Counted from the first letter of the stretch, positions 8,877 to 16,583 are shown. The stretch is DNA of 64,000 nucleotides from an uncultured virus (IMG/VR IMGVR_UViG_3300048552_000127) (IMGVR_UViG_3300048552_000127), one strand, 5' to 3'. Made by a program: numbers and translations. The notes: generated by a model not told the origin, from the sequence alone.

Positions 8877-8904
8877 AGCTGTACATTAACTAGAGAGATA
8901 TAAT

Positions 8905-9126
8905 ATGACTACACAAGTTACAGTAAGTATAAACCAAAATATATGGTGGGATAATCACCAAGCATTAGTAGATGCTAAAGATAATGTATTAGATCTACTG
9001 GAAATGATAGACTGTCATAGTACATCAAAAATAGATAAGTGTATGCGAGATGTATATGAGAAAGAGATACGAACATTAAATAGCTTATTAGAGTATTCAA
9101 GTAATAACGGTGGTGTTCCTTTTTAG
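8905..9126 (+). CDS. Hypothetical protein
   Basis: 73 aa, RBS and promoter upstream. Confidence 0.65.
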   Translation: MTTQVTVSINQNIWWDNHQALVDAKDNVLDLLEMIDCHSTSKIDKCMRDVYEKEIRTLNSLLEYSSNNGGVPF

Positions 9127-9199
9127 GAGGGTATAATATGCTACAACAATTAAATGATACAATAGGCTCACATAAAGTGTTTGATTATGTTAAGGTGTA

Positions 9200-9238
9200 G
9201 GATAACCACAACCTTCGATTTGAAAGCGGTTGTTATGA
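9200..9238 (-). repeat. Truncated attC-like site
   Basis: GATAAC...ACAACC/GGTTGT...GTTATG, only about 38 bp. Confidence 0.45.
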
Positions 9239-9261
9239 TCTATTAATTAAGGAGAATATGT

Positions 9262-9450
9262 ATGTTTGATTCACTAAAAAGTTTAACTAAGGCAACGATA
9301 GGTGCGGTGGTTGAAACACCTTTAGCTGTAGCTGCTGATTTTGTCACACTAGGTGGCTCTATAACAGAAAGGGATGAGCCTTACACTACTACAGCAATCA
9401 AGAAAGTAGTAAAAAACGTAAGCGATTCTACTGAAAGCGATGAAACATAA
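9262..9450 (+). CDS. Cassette-borne hypothetical protein
   Basis: 62 aa, AAGGAG RBS; its stop TAA lies inside the ACATAAC core of the next attC. Confidence 0.75.
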   Translation: MFDSLKSLTKATIGAVVETPLAVAADFVTLGGSITERDEPYTTTAIKKVVKNVSDSTESDET

Positions 9451-9512
9451 CGTTGGTAACACAGGCAACTGAAGCGTAGCGGAAGTTGTCCTTGTGATTA
9501 CCCTTGTTATAC
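9445..9512 (-). repeat. attC site
   Basis: ACATAAC...GGTAACACAGGCAACT / AGTTGTCCTTGTGATTACC...GTTATAC; near-identical to 17696-17763. Confidence 0.85.
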
Positions 9513-9545
9513 AAAATTAAATTAATTAAATAAAAGGTAATTAAA

Positions 9546-9785
9546 ATGGAAAATAAAAAGTACTGGTATAAAATGGATAACGTAACAAACAGATTAGTAT
9601 TAGATATTGATGACTTAGCCAATAACAGAGATATAAGTGAGTCTGAACGTATAGGACAGTTAGATGTTATTATTAACAAAAGCCAAAAACTAAAGGAAGA
9701 GGTAGTGTCTACATATATTCATAAATTGCAAACACTAGCTAGACCTAATATTCCAGTTGGTAGTAATCCGTTAAGAGATGTATAA
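9546..9785 (+). CDS. Cassette-borne hypothetical protein
   Basis: 79 aa, AAGGT RBS; converges on 9789-10022. Confidence 0.6.
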   Translation: MENKKYWYKMDNVTNRLVLDIDDLANNRDISESERIGQLDVIINKSQKLKEEVVSTYIHKLQTLARPNIPVGSNPLRDV

Positions 9786-9788
9786 AGT

Positions 9789-10022
9789 TTATTTACAATA
9801 AACTGTAATAGTTTGATGGTGCTCTTTAACTATTGTATTACCTTCATCTATTTCTATAAGAGCGTGCTCTATTTTTGTAACTGTATAACTAAGATTCCAC
9901 TCATCATGGTTCTTCTGGTTGGTATAAGATATGAGTTTAATAGAGTCTCCTACATTAGGGACAGAATCTACTTTAGTATGATAGTGACCGTCTTTAGTAG
10001 TTTGTAAAGTAATATCTATCAT
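9789..10022 (-). CDS. Cassette-borne hypothetical protein (canonical orientation)
   Basis: 77 aa, AGGAGG RBS and TGnTATAAT upstream on the minus strand. Confidence 0.7.
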   Translation of the reverse strand: MIDITLQTTKDGHYHTKVDSVPNVGDSIKLISYTNQKNHDEWNLSYTVTKIEHALIEIDEGNTIVKEHHQTITVYCK

Positions 10023-10079
10023 GCTCCCTCCTAGGGATTATTAAAGGTTTTAGAATTATAACACTGTATTAGAAAAGAT

Positions 10080-10135
10080 TTATAACCTTGCGAGCAGCGG
10101 CGTTGCAAGCGTCCGACTGACTTGCGTTGTTATAT
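10080..10135 (-). repeat. attC site
   Basis: TTATAAC...GCGAGCAGCGGCG TTGCAAG CGTCCGACTGACTTGC...GTTATAT, imperfect hairpin with bulges on the right arm. Confidence 0.85.
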
Positions 10136-10149
10136 TAAGGAGGCAAGAT

Positions 10150-10323
10150 ATGGCTACAGAATTGAAAGTTAGACATTTGTATGATGGTATATATCAAGTA
10201 GTTGAGTTTGACCTAAGCGACGATGATCGCTACAAATACGAAGATGAAAGTGTTTTACACCAAGGCAGTATTGCTGATTGCGAGGCGTATATACGGCTGA
10301 AAAATAGTTATTTATTGGTGTAA
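10150..10323 (+). CDS. Cassette-borne hypothetical protein (57 aa, not in ORF track)
   Basis: AAGGAGG RBS; MATELKVRHLYDG...YIRLKNSYLLV* fills the cassette. Confidence 0.75.
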   Translation: MATELKVRHLYDGIYQVVEFDLSDDDRYKYEDESVLHQGSIADCEAYIRLKNSYLLV

Positions 10324-10405
10324 ATATAACCATCGTTTAATTTGCGGCGGTAGATAGTGAGAAAAACACGGCGGTTTAACCGTCGAATTGAAATTGTTGT
10401 TATAA
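10324..10405 (-). repeat. attC site
   Basis: ATATAAC...TTTAATTTGCGG...CCGTCGAATTGAAA...GTTATAA. Confidence 0.75.
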
Positions 10406-10424
10406 ATTATTTTGGAGACAAGAA

Positions 10425-10688
10425 ATGATAAAGCGGAAAAGAAATTATAAGAATGCGACACTTTGGCACAACGATGATGGTGAGTTTGGCGCAGCATGTG
10501 GATGGCTATTAAAGTGTGACAATGTATCTAATAGGCTAAGCACAGATGTTTTTTATGGTGCTATAGGCGTTAGCGGTATTCACTATAAGCTTGTTAAGGC
10601 TTTCGGAAGAAAAATAAGCGATAAAAATTCTCATGGTTATGAATGCTGGACGTTGTTCGGTCTTCTTTTTGAACCGATGGTTAATTGA
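10425..10688 (+). CDS. Cassette-borne hypothetical protein
   Basis: 87 aa, GGAG RBS, fills the space between two attC sites. Confidence 0.7.
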   Translation: MIKRKRNYKNATLWHNDDGEFGAACGWLLKCDNVSNRLSTDVFYGAIGVSGIHYKLVKAFGRKISDKNSHGYECWTLFGLLFEPMVN

Positions 10689-10689
10689 C

Positions 10690-10748
10690 TTATAACGCCA
10701 ACTTCAAAGGCAACGCTTTTTGTTGTCCTTTGTAAGTTCTTGTTATGT
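10690..10748 (-). repeat. attC site
   Basis: TTATAAC GCCAA CTTCAAAGGCAAC GCTTTTT GTTG(T)CCTTTG(T)AAG TTCTT GTTATGT. Confidence 0.88.
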
Positions 10749-10759
10749 TTTATTTATAG

Positions 10760-10790
10760 AAAAAGGCGTGTCAGCCTAACTGTTACACGC
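10760..10790 (-). terminator. Intrinsic terminator inside a cassette
   Basis: GCGTGT...ACACGC stem followed by a T-run on the minus strand. Confidence 0.6.
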
Positions 10791-10802
10791 AAGATTATGG
10801 TT

Positions 10803-10952
10803 TTACACTTTAGCTAGAAACAAAGTAACTCCTGTTGCTAGCATTAACGATACTACTGGATCAAACCCTGAGTTGCATAATGTAATGTACAACCCAGAGA
10901 ATGTACCCAAACGCAAGTGTAAATTGCCTTTAGTATTATTTGAGGTTTTCAA
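10803..10952 (-). CDS. Small hydrophobic peptide (49 aa, TTG start, not in ORF track)
   Basis: MKTSNNTKGNLHLRLGTFSGLYITLCNSGFDPVVSLMLATGVTLFLAKV; lies between a structured leader and a terminator. Confidence 0.45.
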   Translation of the reverse strand: MKTSNNTKGNLHLRLGTFSGLYITLCNSGFDPVVSLMLATGVTLFLAKV

Positions 10953-11088
10953 TACCTGACCTTCTTTTTAATACTTGTACAGAAGCCTCTTAATAGAGTC
11001 GGACACGTACGTTAAGGCTTTTGCCACCTATTCTAGGTTCACAGACGCTATGGTGGTGGCAACCCGACTGTAATTTTGCGTTTTTTAC

Positions 11089-11156
11089 ACATAACGCCGT
11101 AATTAGCGGCAAACGAAACGTAGTGTAGTTTGTCCGACTACATTACCTTGTTATAG
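11089..11156 (-). repeat. attC site
   Basis: Minus strand reads CTATAAC AAGGT AATGTAGTCGGACAAAC...GTTTGCCGCTAATT ACGGC GTTATGT, a classic attC top strand. Confidence 0.9.
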
Positions 11157-11161
11157 GTTTT

Positions 11162-11461
11162 TTATGTTTGAAATTTATGTTTGGATTCCATTGGTACTTT
11201 TTCTATTTCTTTGTCTTTGTGATCGTTCTGGTAATGATAAAGAATAATAGCAACAACTAGAGTTAGTATTGCAGATACTATTTTTCCAGAGTGGTTGTTG
11301 AAGAAACCAACAATAACTCTAACTATTTTAGCAGTCCAATGGTATTCCGTAATTAGGATTGGCATAACCTTAACATTAGGCATTTGAAGTTTATCAAATG
11401 TTTCAAGTCTGGAAGTACCTTGATACCATTTTTTGATTGATAGTAATAGTTTCTTAAACAT
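11162..11461 (-). CDS. Cassette-borne membrane protein (canonical orientation)
   Basis: 99 aa with hydrophobic helix IVSAILTLVVAIILY; flanked by GTTATAGGT / ACCTATAAC. Confidence 0.7.
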   Translation of the reverse strand: MFKKLLLSIKKWYQGTSRLETFDKLQMPNVKVMPILITEYHWTAKIVRVIVGFFNNHSGKIVSAILTLVVAIILYHYQNDHKDKEIEKVPMESKHKFQT

Positions 11462-11469
11462 GTTTGTAC

Positions 11470-11534
11470 CTATAACCCTGAAATAATTCGGGAGCGAGCT
11501 TGCGAGTGAATCGCAATTAATTTTGTTGTTATAT
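11470..11534 (-). repeat. attC site
   Basis: CTATAAC...AAATAATT...AATTAATTTT...GTTATAT. Confidence 0.7.
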
Positions 11535-11550
11535 TTTTAGGAGTGAGCGG

Positions 11551-11739
11551 ATGAGTGCATTACTTGAAGACTTAGAGGCAATGAGGGTAAAACTTGATGC
11601 TGCGATACGTTGGAATTTTGGTGTTATAGGAAGTGACCCCATCTGTAATCAGCGGATGGAAGATGTTAACAGGCTAGAGGATGTATTGAGGGTGACGCAG
11701 CCCGACGAATACGCAGAATATAAAAACAGGTACTATTGA
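11551..11739 (+). CDS. Cassette-borne hypothetical protein
   Basis: 62 aa, AGGAG RBS, fills the cassette. Confidence 0.72.
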   Translation: MSALLEDLEAMRVKLDAAIRWNFGVIGSDPICNQRMEDVNRLEDVLRVTQPDEYAEYKNRYY

Positions 11740-11799
11740 ATATAACCACCAAATAAGCAGCTACGCTTTTTGTAGTCTGCTTGATTTGACTTGTTATGT
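11740..11799 (-). repeat. attC site
   Basis: ATATAAC CACCA AATAAGCAGCTAC GCTTTTT GTAG(T)CTGCTT(G)ATT TGACTT GTTATGT, with canonical extrahelical T and G on the plus strand. Confidence 0.9.
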
Positions 11800-11828
11800 G
11801 AATTTTATAAGGTATAATTGGAGGATTA

Positions 11829-12146
11829 ATGAACAAATTACCTGATGAGGAAAACAAGATGTACGCTATTGCATTTGACTTAAAAGTAGCAGATTTAGAC
11901 ATACATTACCAAGGAAATAACTACCAAAATGCTTATGGAGAGATTAAGAAGTTTTTAGGTGGTGAAGGGTTTACTAGACAACAAGGTTCTGTATATTTTG
12001 GTGATTCCGATGCTGTAGATATGGTTAAGTGTGTCATGTCAGTGAACAAGATGAGTAGGGCGTTGCCTTGGTTTAAAGACTGTGTGACGGATATACGAAT
12101 GTTGAGGATTGAAGAGAATAGTGACTTAGCTCCTGCATTGGAGTAA
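11829..12146 (+). CDS. vapD: VapD family (Cas2-like fold) nuclease, cassette-borne
   Basis: MYAIAFDL...NAYGEIKKFL...GFTRQQGSVYFG...WFKDCVTDIRMLRIEENSDL matches the VapD family pattern. Confidence 0.88.
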   Translation: MNKLPDEENKMYAIAFDLKVADLDIHYQGNNYQNAYGEIKKFLGGEGFTRQQGSVYFGDSDAVDMVKCVMSVNKMSRALPWFKDCVTDIRMLRIEENSDLAPALE

Positions 12147-12147
12147 T

Positions 12148-12210
12148 ACACATAACACTGCAAAACAAAGGAATCCCTGTTATCAGTAAATATCGTGATA
12201 ACGAGGATTC
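12148..12210 (-). repeat. Array-terminal recombination site (attI-like or half attC)
   Basis: Core CACATAAC, then hairpin GGAATCC-CTGTTATCA...TGATAAC-GA-GGATTCC; first 36 bp repeated at 26925-26960. Confidence 0.6.
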
Positions 12211-12243
12211 CTGTATATCAAAACATTAAGAAGTACATATAAT

Positions 12244-12429
12244 ATGAAAAATACATGCTTTATTAAACATTCTGAAGGTTTCTTCTTTAAGGTGTACGGA
12301 TATGGTTTATGTGTTAATAATAGAGATACAACTAAGCCATTATTCAGTATTAGAAATGGATATAGAAAAGAATTAAGATTAGGTAAATGGGGAGTTCAAT
12401 TGTTGAAGCCTAGTAAGTATATAAAGTAA
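12244..12429 (+). CDS. Hypothetical protein
   Basis: 61 aa ORF. Confidence 0.55.
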   Translation: MKNTCFIKHSEGFFFKVYGYGLCVNNRDTTKPLFSIRNGYRKELRLGKWGVQLLKPSKYIK

Positions 12430-12445
12430 GAGGGGTAAATATACA

Positions 12446-12745
12446 ATGAAATTGAAAGATAACACAGAAGCTAAATTTGGAGATATAATACGTTGGAATT
12501 GTTGGGATAATGATGACTTCGTTACGTGGAATATGACAGGGATGTACACTAGGCAAGGTGTTATATATTTAGGAGGAAGGATTGACTTCGGCTTAGGTAT
12601 AGGGCAGATATTGGAAGTGGAAGAAGTTATAGAGGAATCAGAGAATAATGACCCTGATGACTGTGGAATAGTTAAAGTAGGTATTGCGACAGACTTGACT
12701 AGATATATTAATAAATATGAGATGAAAAAGGAGAGTGAAGATTAA
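12446..12745 (+). CDS. Hypothetical protein
   Basis: 99 aa, RBS, overlaps the nrdA start. Confidence 0.65.
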   Translation: MKLKDNTEAKFGDIIRWNCWDNDDFVTWNMTGMYTRQGVIYLGGRIDFGLGIGQILEVEEVIEESENNDPDDCGIVKVGIATDLTRYINKYEMKKESED

Positions 12746-15569
12746 AAATAGAGTAGAAGATTATTTAGGTATTACTATAGATTATAACAGAGATGCTTTG
12801 TTAAAAGAAAAAGCTAAGAAGATGTTAACAACAAAGGGTTTTTATAAGAGGTCAAATGAAGACAGCCCTCAGCAAACTTTAGCAAGAGGGTCTACATGTT
12901 ATTCCTTTGGAGATTATGAGTTTGCACAGAGGATTTATGAGTATTCATCAAAAGGTTATTTTACATTTGCATCTCCTGTATTGTCTACAGCTATGGAAGT
13001 GGATTGGCCTACTTTCAATAAAGATGAGTTTGAAGTTGCAGGAGATTGGCTGGAAGAGAATGTAACGCCAGAGGGATTACCAATTAGTTGTTTCTTATCT
13101 CATATCCCAGATAATAAAGTGGGACTTGTAGAAGGCCGTAAGGAGACAGCATGGCTTAGTATGATGGGAGGTGGTATTGGTATAGGAATGAATAATAGAA
13201 GCCCTGATGAGAAGTCTACAGGGGTTATGGCACACCTAAGAGGTTATGATGCAGATGCCCTAGCATATAAACAAACTTCTAGCCGACGAGGAAGCATTGC
13301 AGCGTACTTAGATATAGACCACCCTGAGATTAAGAATTTTATTAGTTGTCGTAACCCTGTAGGCGGGGATTCTAATAAAAAATGTTTTAACTTGAATAAT
13401 GCTGTATGTATCACTGACTCTTTTATGGAGAAAGTTATAAAAGGTGAGAAGTATGAGCTTGTAGATCCTAAACATGGTGCAACTGGTACTTTTCTTGATG
13501 CTAGAGAAGTCATGGAAGATATAAACCAGCAACGTTATGAAACTGGTGAACCTTATATAATGTTTAAAGATACGGTTAATAGGGGTATCCCTAAATGGAT
13601 TACTAAACCTACTTACCATGTATCGCAGAGTAATTTGTGTGTCGCACCTGATACTTTTATACTCACGGATAAAGGACATATCCAAATAGGTGACTTAGAA
13701 AATGAAACCGTTAATGTGTGGAATGGGGAGCAGTTCTCAGAGACTACGGTAATTAAAACATCTGAAAGTAGCAGTCTATTTAGGGTAGGTTTAAACTCTG
13801 GTCAAGAGTTGGATTGTACAGAATATCATAAGTTTTATGTACAAGAAGACTACGGGAAAGACCCTGTAATGAAATCTTACAACGAGCTAAAAATAGGGGA
13901 TAAATTAATTAAATCTAAATTGCCTGTAATACAAGGAGATAAATTTTTAACTAACGCCTACCAGAATGGTTTTTATACTGGAGATGGTTGTGAAGTAAAA
14001 GGGAAATCCCGTGTGTACTTCTATGGAGAGAAGAAGGAACTAGAGGCTTGGTTTGATTTAGAACAAAGAGTAGACCAACCTCAGTACGACAGGGTTTATG
14101 GCAATTGTTCTGGACTAATGCCTAAATTCTTTGTACCCTCCAGTGAGTATAGTGTAGACATAAGACTTACATGGTTGGCTGGATTACTAGACGCTGATGG
14201 TACTGTAGCTAGGAATGGAGATAATGAATCACTACAACTGGCATCTATAAATAAAGACTTCCTGCTAGAAGTCCAACTTATGTTACAAACACTGGGTGTT
14301 AATTCTAAAGTATGTTTTGCCCGTAAAGAAGGTAAGTATTTACTGCCAGCTAATGATGGCACTGGAGGACTTAAAGAATATAATTGCTCTGAAACTAATA
14401 GATTATTAATAAGCTCTACAGGCCTTTATCAGTTAACTTCACTAGGTTTAGACTGTGTTAGGTTAAAATGGGAGAATAAAAAGCCACAAAGATGTGCAGA
14501 GCAATTTTCTAAAGTGATATTTTTACAGGATTTAGAAACAAAATCTTCTACATACTGCTTTAAAGAAGAACTTAGAGGTATGGGTATTTTTAACGGTATC
14601 CTTACAGGTCAGTGTTCAGAGATAACACTAATGACATCTGAGAAAAGAACTGCTGTATGTTGTTTATCTAGTCTTAACTTAGATAAATATGACGAATGGA
14701 AAGATACAACTATAGTAGAAGATTTAGTCAGATTATTAGATAATGTATTAGAATATTTTATACGTCTAGCACCAAAAGAATTATATAGAGCTGTACATTC
14801 TGCTAGCCAAGAAAGAGCTATAGGGTTAGGCAACTTAGGCTTTCATTCATTCTTACAGAGAAAGAACATACCATTCGAGTCTGGTGGTTTTAATAGTGCA
14901 TCGCAGTGGGCGCATATATTAACGTCTACCATACAAGAAAGAGCTATTGCATCTTCTAAAGTATTAGCTGAAGAACGGGGAGAGCCAGAAGATTGTATTG
15001 GTTCTGGAATGAGGAATAGCCACCTTACAGCAACAGCCCCAAATGCTTCAAGTAGTGATTTCGTTGGTGTCAGTCCTAGTATAGAGCCTTGGAGTTCTAA
15101 TGCTATAAATACTGAAGGTAGGGCTGGAAGTTACCTCATTAAGAATCCACATTTAGAAGATGTATTAGAGAAGTTAGGATTAAATACAGATGAGATGTGG
15201 GATAGTATTATAAAGAATAATGGCTCTGTACAACACAGAGATGACTTATCAGGTGAGATTAAAAAAGTATATAAAACTGCATCTGAGATAGATCCAATGT
15301 GGGTGGTAGAGTTAGCAGCTTTAAGGCAACCTAATATTTGCCAAGCACAATCATTAAATATTTTTGTTACAGCTAATATTACAAAAGAAAAGATGATGGA
15401 TGTAGTAATTGCTGCTTGGAAAAAAGGTGTAAAGACGTTATACTATTGTAGAGCTGAACAAGCATCTAAGACAAACATAGGTAAAGGAGATAAAGCACCA
15501 TTAAACTCAATACCTGTAGAAAGTACATTCAAGGTGGACATAGAAGAGTGTCTTTCCTGTCATGGTTAA
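12735..15569 (+). CDS. nrdA: Ribonucleotide reductase class Ia alpha subunit, intein-containing
   Basis: FASPVL, LPISCF, GGGIG, ETGEPY, SNL/CSEI split by an intein, APNASSS, KTLYYCR, C-terminal CLSCHG. Confidence 0.96.
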   Translation: MKIKNRVEDYLGITIDYNRDALLKEKAKKMLTTKGFYKRSNEDSPQQTLARGSTCYSFGDYEFAQRIYEYSSKGYFTFASPVLSTAMEVDWPTFNKDEFEVAGDWLEENVTPEGLPISCFLSHIPDNKVGLVEGRKETAWLSMMGGGIGIGMNNRSPDEKSTGVMAHLRGYDADALAYKQTSSRRGSIAAYLDIDHPEIKNFISCRNPVGGDSNKKCFNLNNAVCITDSFMEKVIKGEKYELVDPKHGATGTFLDAREVMEDINQQRYETGEPYIMFKDTVNRGIPKWITKPTYHVSQSNLCVAPDTFILTDKGHIQIGDLENETVNVWNGEQFSETTVIKTSESSSLFRVGLNSGQELDCTEYHKFYVQEDYGKDPVMKSYNELKIGDKLIKSKLPVIQGDKFLTNAYQNGFYTGDGCEVKGKSRVYFYGEKKELEAWFDLEQRVDQPQYDRVYGNCSGLMPKFFVPSSEYSVDIRLTWLAGLLDADGTVARNGDNESLQLASINKDFLLEVQLMLQTLGVNSKVCFARKEGKYLLPANDGTGGLKEYNCSETNRLLISSTGLYQLTSLGLDCVRLKWENKKPQRCAEQFSKVIFLQDLETKSSTYCFKEELRGMGIFNGILTGQCSEITLMTSEKRTAVCCLSSLNLDKYDEWKDTTIVEDLVRLLDNVLEYFIRLAPKELYRAVHSASQERAIGLGNLGFHSFLQRKNIPFESGGFNSASQWAHILTSTIQERAIASSKVLAEERGEPEDCIGSGMRNSHLTATAPNASSSDFVGVSPSIEPWSSNAINTEGRAGSYLIKNPHLEDVLEKLGLNTDEMWDSIIKNNGSVQHRDDLSGEIKKVYKTASEIDPMWVVELAALRQPNICQAQSLNIFVTANITKEKMMDVVIAAWKKGVKTLYYCRAEQASKTNIGKGDKAPLNSIPVESTFKVDIEECLSCHG
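13638..14612 (+). mobile_element. Intein (325 aa) with LAGLIDADG endonuclease in nrdA
   Basis: Starts CVAPDTFILT after SNL; block B LDCTEYHKF; GFYTGDG and LAGLLDADG motifs; ends NGILTGQ before Cys+1. Confidence 0.93.
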
Positions 15570-15587
15570 TAAAATAAAAGGATAGTA

Positions 15588-16583
15588 ATGTCAGTATTTA
15601 AAGAAAGTGAAAGTTATAGACCGTTTCAGTACCCTTGGGCTACGGAGGCAGCACGTAAGCACTCTATTGATATGTTTTGGGACGTACACCAAGTGGAGTT
15701 ACAAGAAGATTTAAGACAATATAATTCTAAGGATGGACTGAAGACAGAGAATGTTAGCCATGAAGTAAATAAGAATATTATTGATAAAGTGCTATGCCTA
15801 TTTACTGAAATGGATAAGACCGTAGGTGGTTCTTATACTAAACTAATACCTCGTATAGGTAATAATGAAATAAGAAACCTCCTTATTACCTTTGTAGGGA
15901 GGGAAGTGGTACACCAACGAGCATACGCTTTATTAGCAGAGACTTTTGGTTTTAGTGATAGTGATTGGGTTATCTTCTCTGAGTATGTAGAGATGCAAGA
16001 TAAGTTAGATATTATGTCACAAGAGGGAGAATTAGAATCTAAACTGGATGACGCTAAACTTCTTGCTAAGATACTATTAGGAGAAGGTATTGGATTATTT
16101 GCTGCTTTCGCTTGCTTCTTGAATTACAAACGCCAAGGATTGCTAGTAGGTTTTAATGATGTCAATGCTTGGTCATTAGCAGATGAAGCATTTCATGTAG
16201 AGAACAACATGAGAGTTCTAGTCCACATACGAGAGGACTTATCTGAGGTTGAGAATATAGAGTTAGATAAGTATATTGTATCTCTGGCTGGAGGTTACGT
16301 TGATGCAGAGATAAAGTTTATTGATTTAGTATTCGAGCTAGGAGATCAAGAAGATTTAACTAAAGAGGACTTACAAGAGTATATCAGATATCTACATGAT
16401 TTACGACTATACCAATTAGACTTAATGGATTACACAGAAGTTAGAGTCAATCCTCTGAAATGGATGGAGTGGATGTTAGGAGCTAAGAAACATAGCAACT
16501 TCTTTGAAAAACGTGTGACTGATTATTCACATAATAAACTACAAGGCGAAGTAGATTACGCGAAGTATGTAATAACACCTTGA
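15588..16583 (+). CDS. nrdB: Ribonucleotide reductase beta subunit
   Basis: YRPFQYPW, REVVHQRAY, EGIGLF, DEAFH, NFFEKRVTDY. Confidence 0.95.
   Translation: MSVFKESESYRPFQYPWATEAARKHSIDMFWDVHQVELQEDLRQYNSKDGLKTENVSHEVNKNIIDKVLCLFTEMDKTVGGSYTKLIPRIGNNEIRNLLITFVGREVVHQRAYALLAETFGFSDSDWVIFSEYVEMQDKLDIMSQEGELESKLDDAKLLAKILLGEGIGLFAAFACFLNYKRQGLLVGFNDVNAWSLADEAFHVENNMRVLVHIREDLSEVENIELDKYIVSLAGGYVDAEIKFIDLVFELGDQEDLTKEDLQEYIRYLHDLRLYQLDLMDYTEVRVNPLKWMEWMLGAKKHSNFFEKRVTDYSHNKLQGEVDYAKYVITP

Larger units (their letters stand above)
9200..12183 (-). mobile_element. Integron-type gene cassette array 1 (CALIN-like, no integrase in window)
   Basis: Eight attC-like hairpins (first truncated) alternate with 190-570 bp cargo segments; cargo ends carry complementary GTT.../...AAC cores. 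Confidence 0.85.

Noticed and set aside
9428..10497. ORF-track entries 9428-9679(-), 9813-10007(+) and 10312-10497(-)
   Set aside because: They cross attC sites or lie antisense to better-supported cassette genes and lack RBSs
9200..12183. CRISPR array or Cas locus (repeats plus Cas2-like VapD)
   Set aside because: The repeats are heterogeneous 56-82 bp hairpins separated by whole genes, not identical repeats with short spacers; no cas genes are present
13244..14833. Minus-strand ORFs inside nrdA, and similar shadow ORFs in primase, polA, baseplate and tape-measure genes
   Set aside because: Antisense shadows of well-supported genes, with no RBS or recognisable motifs
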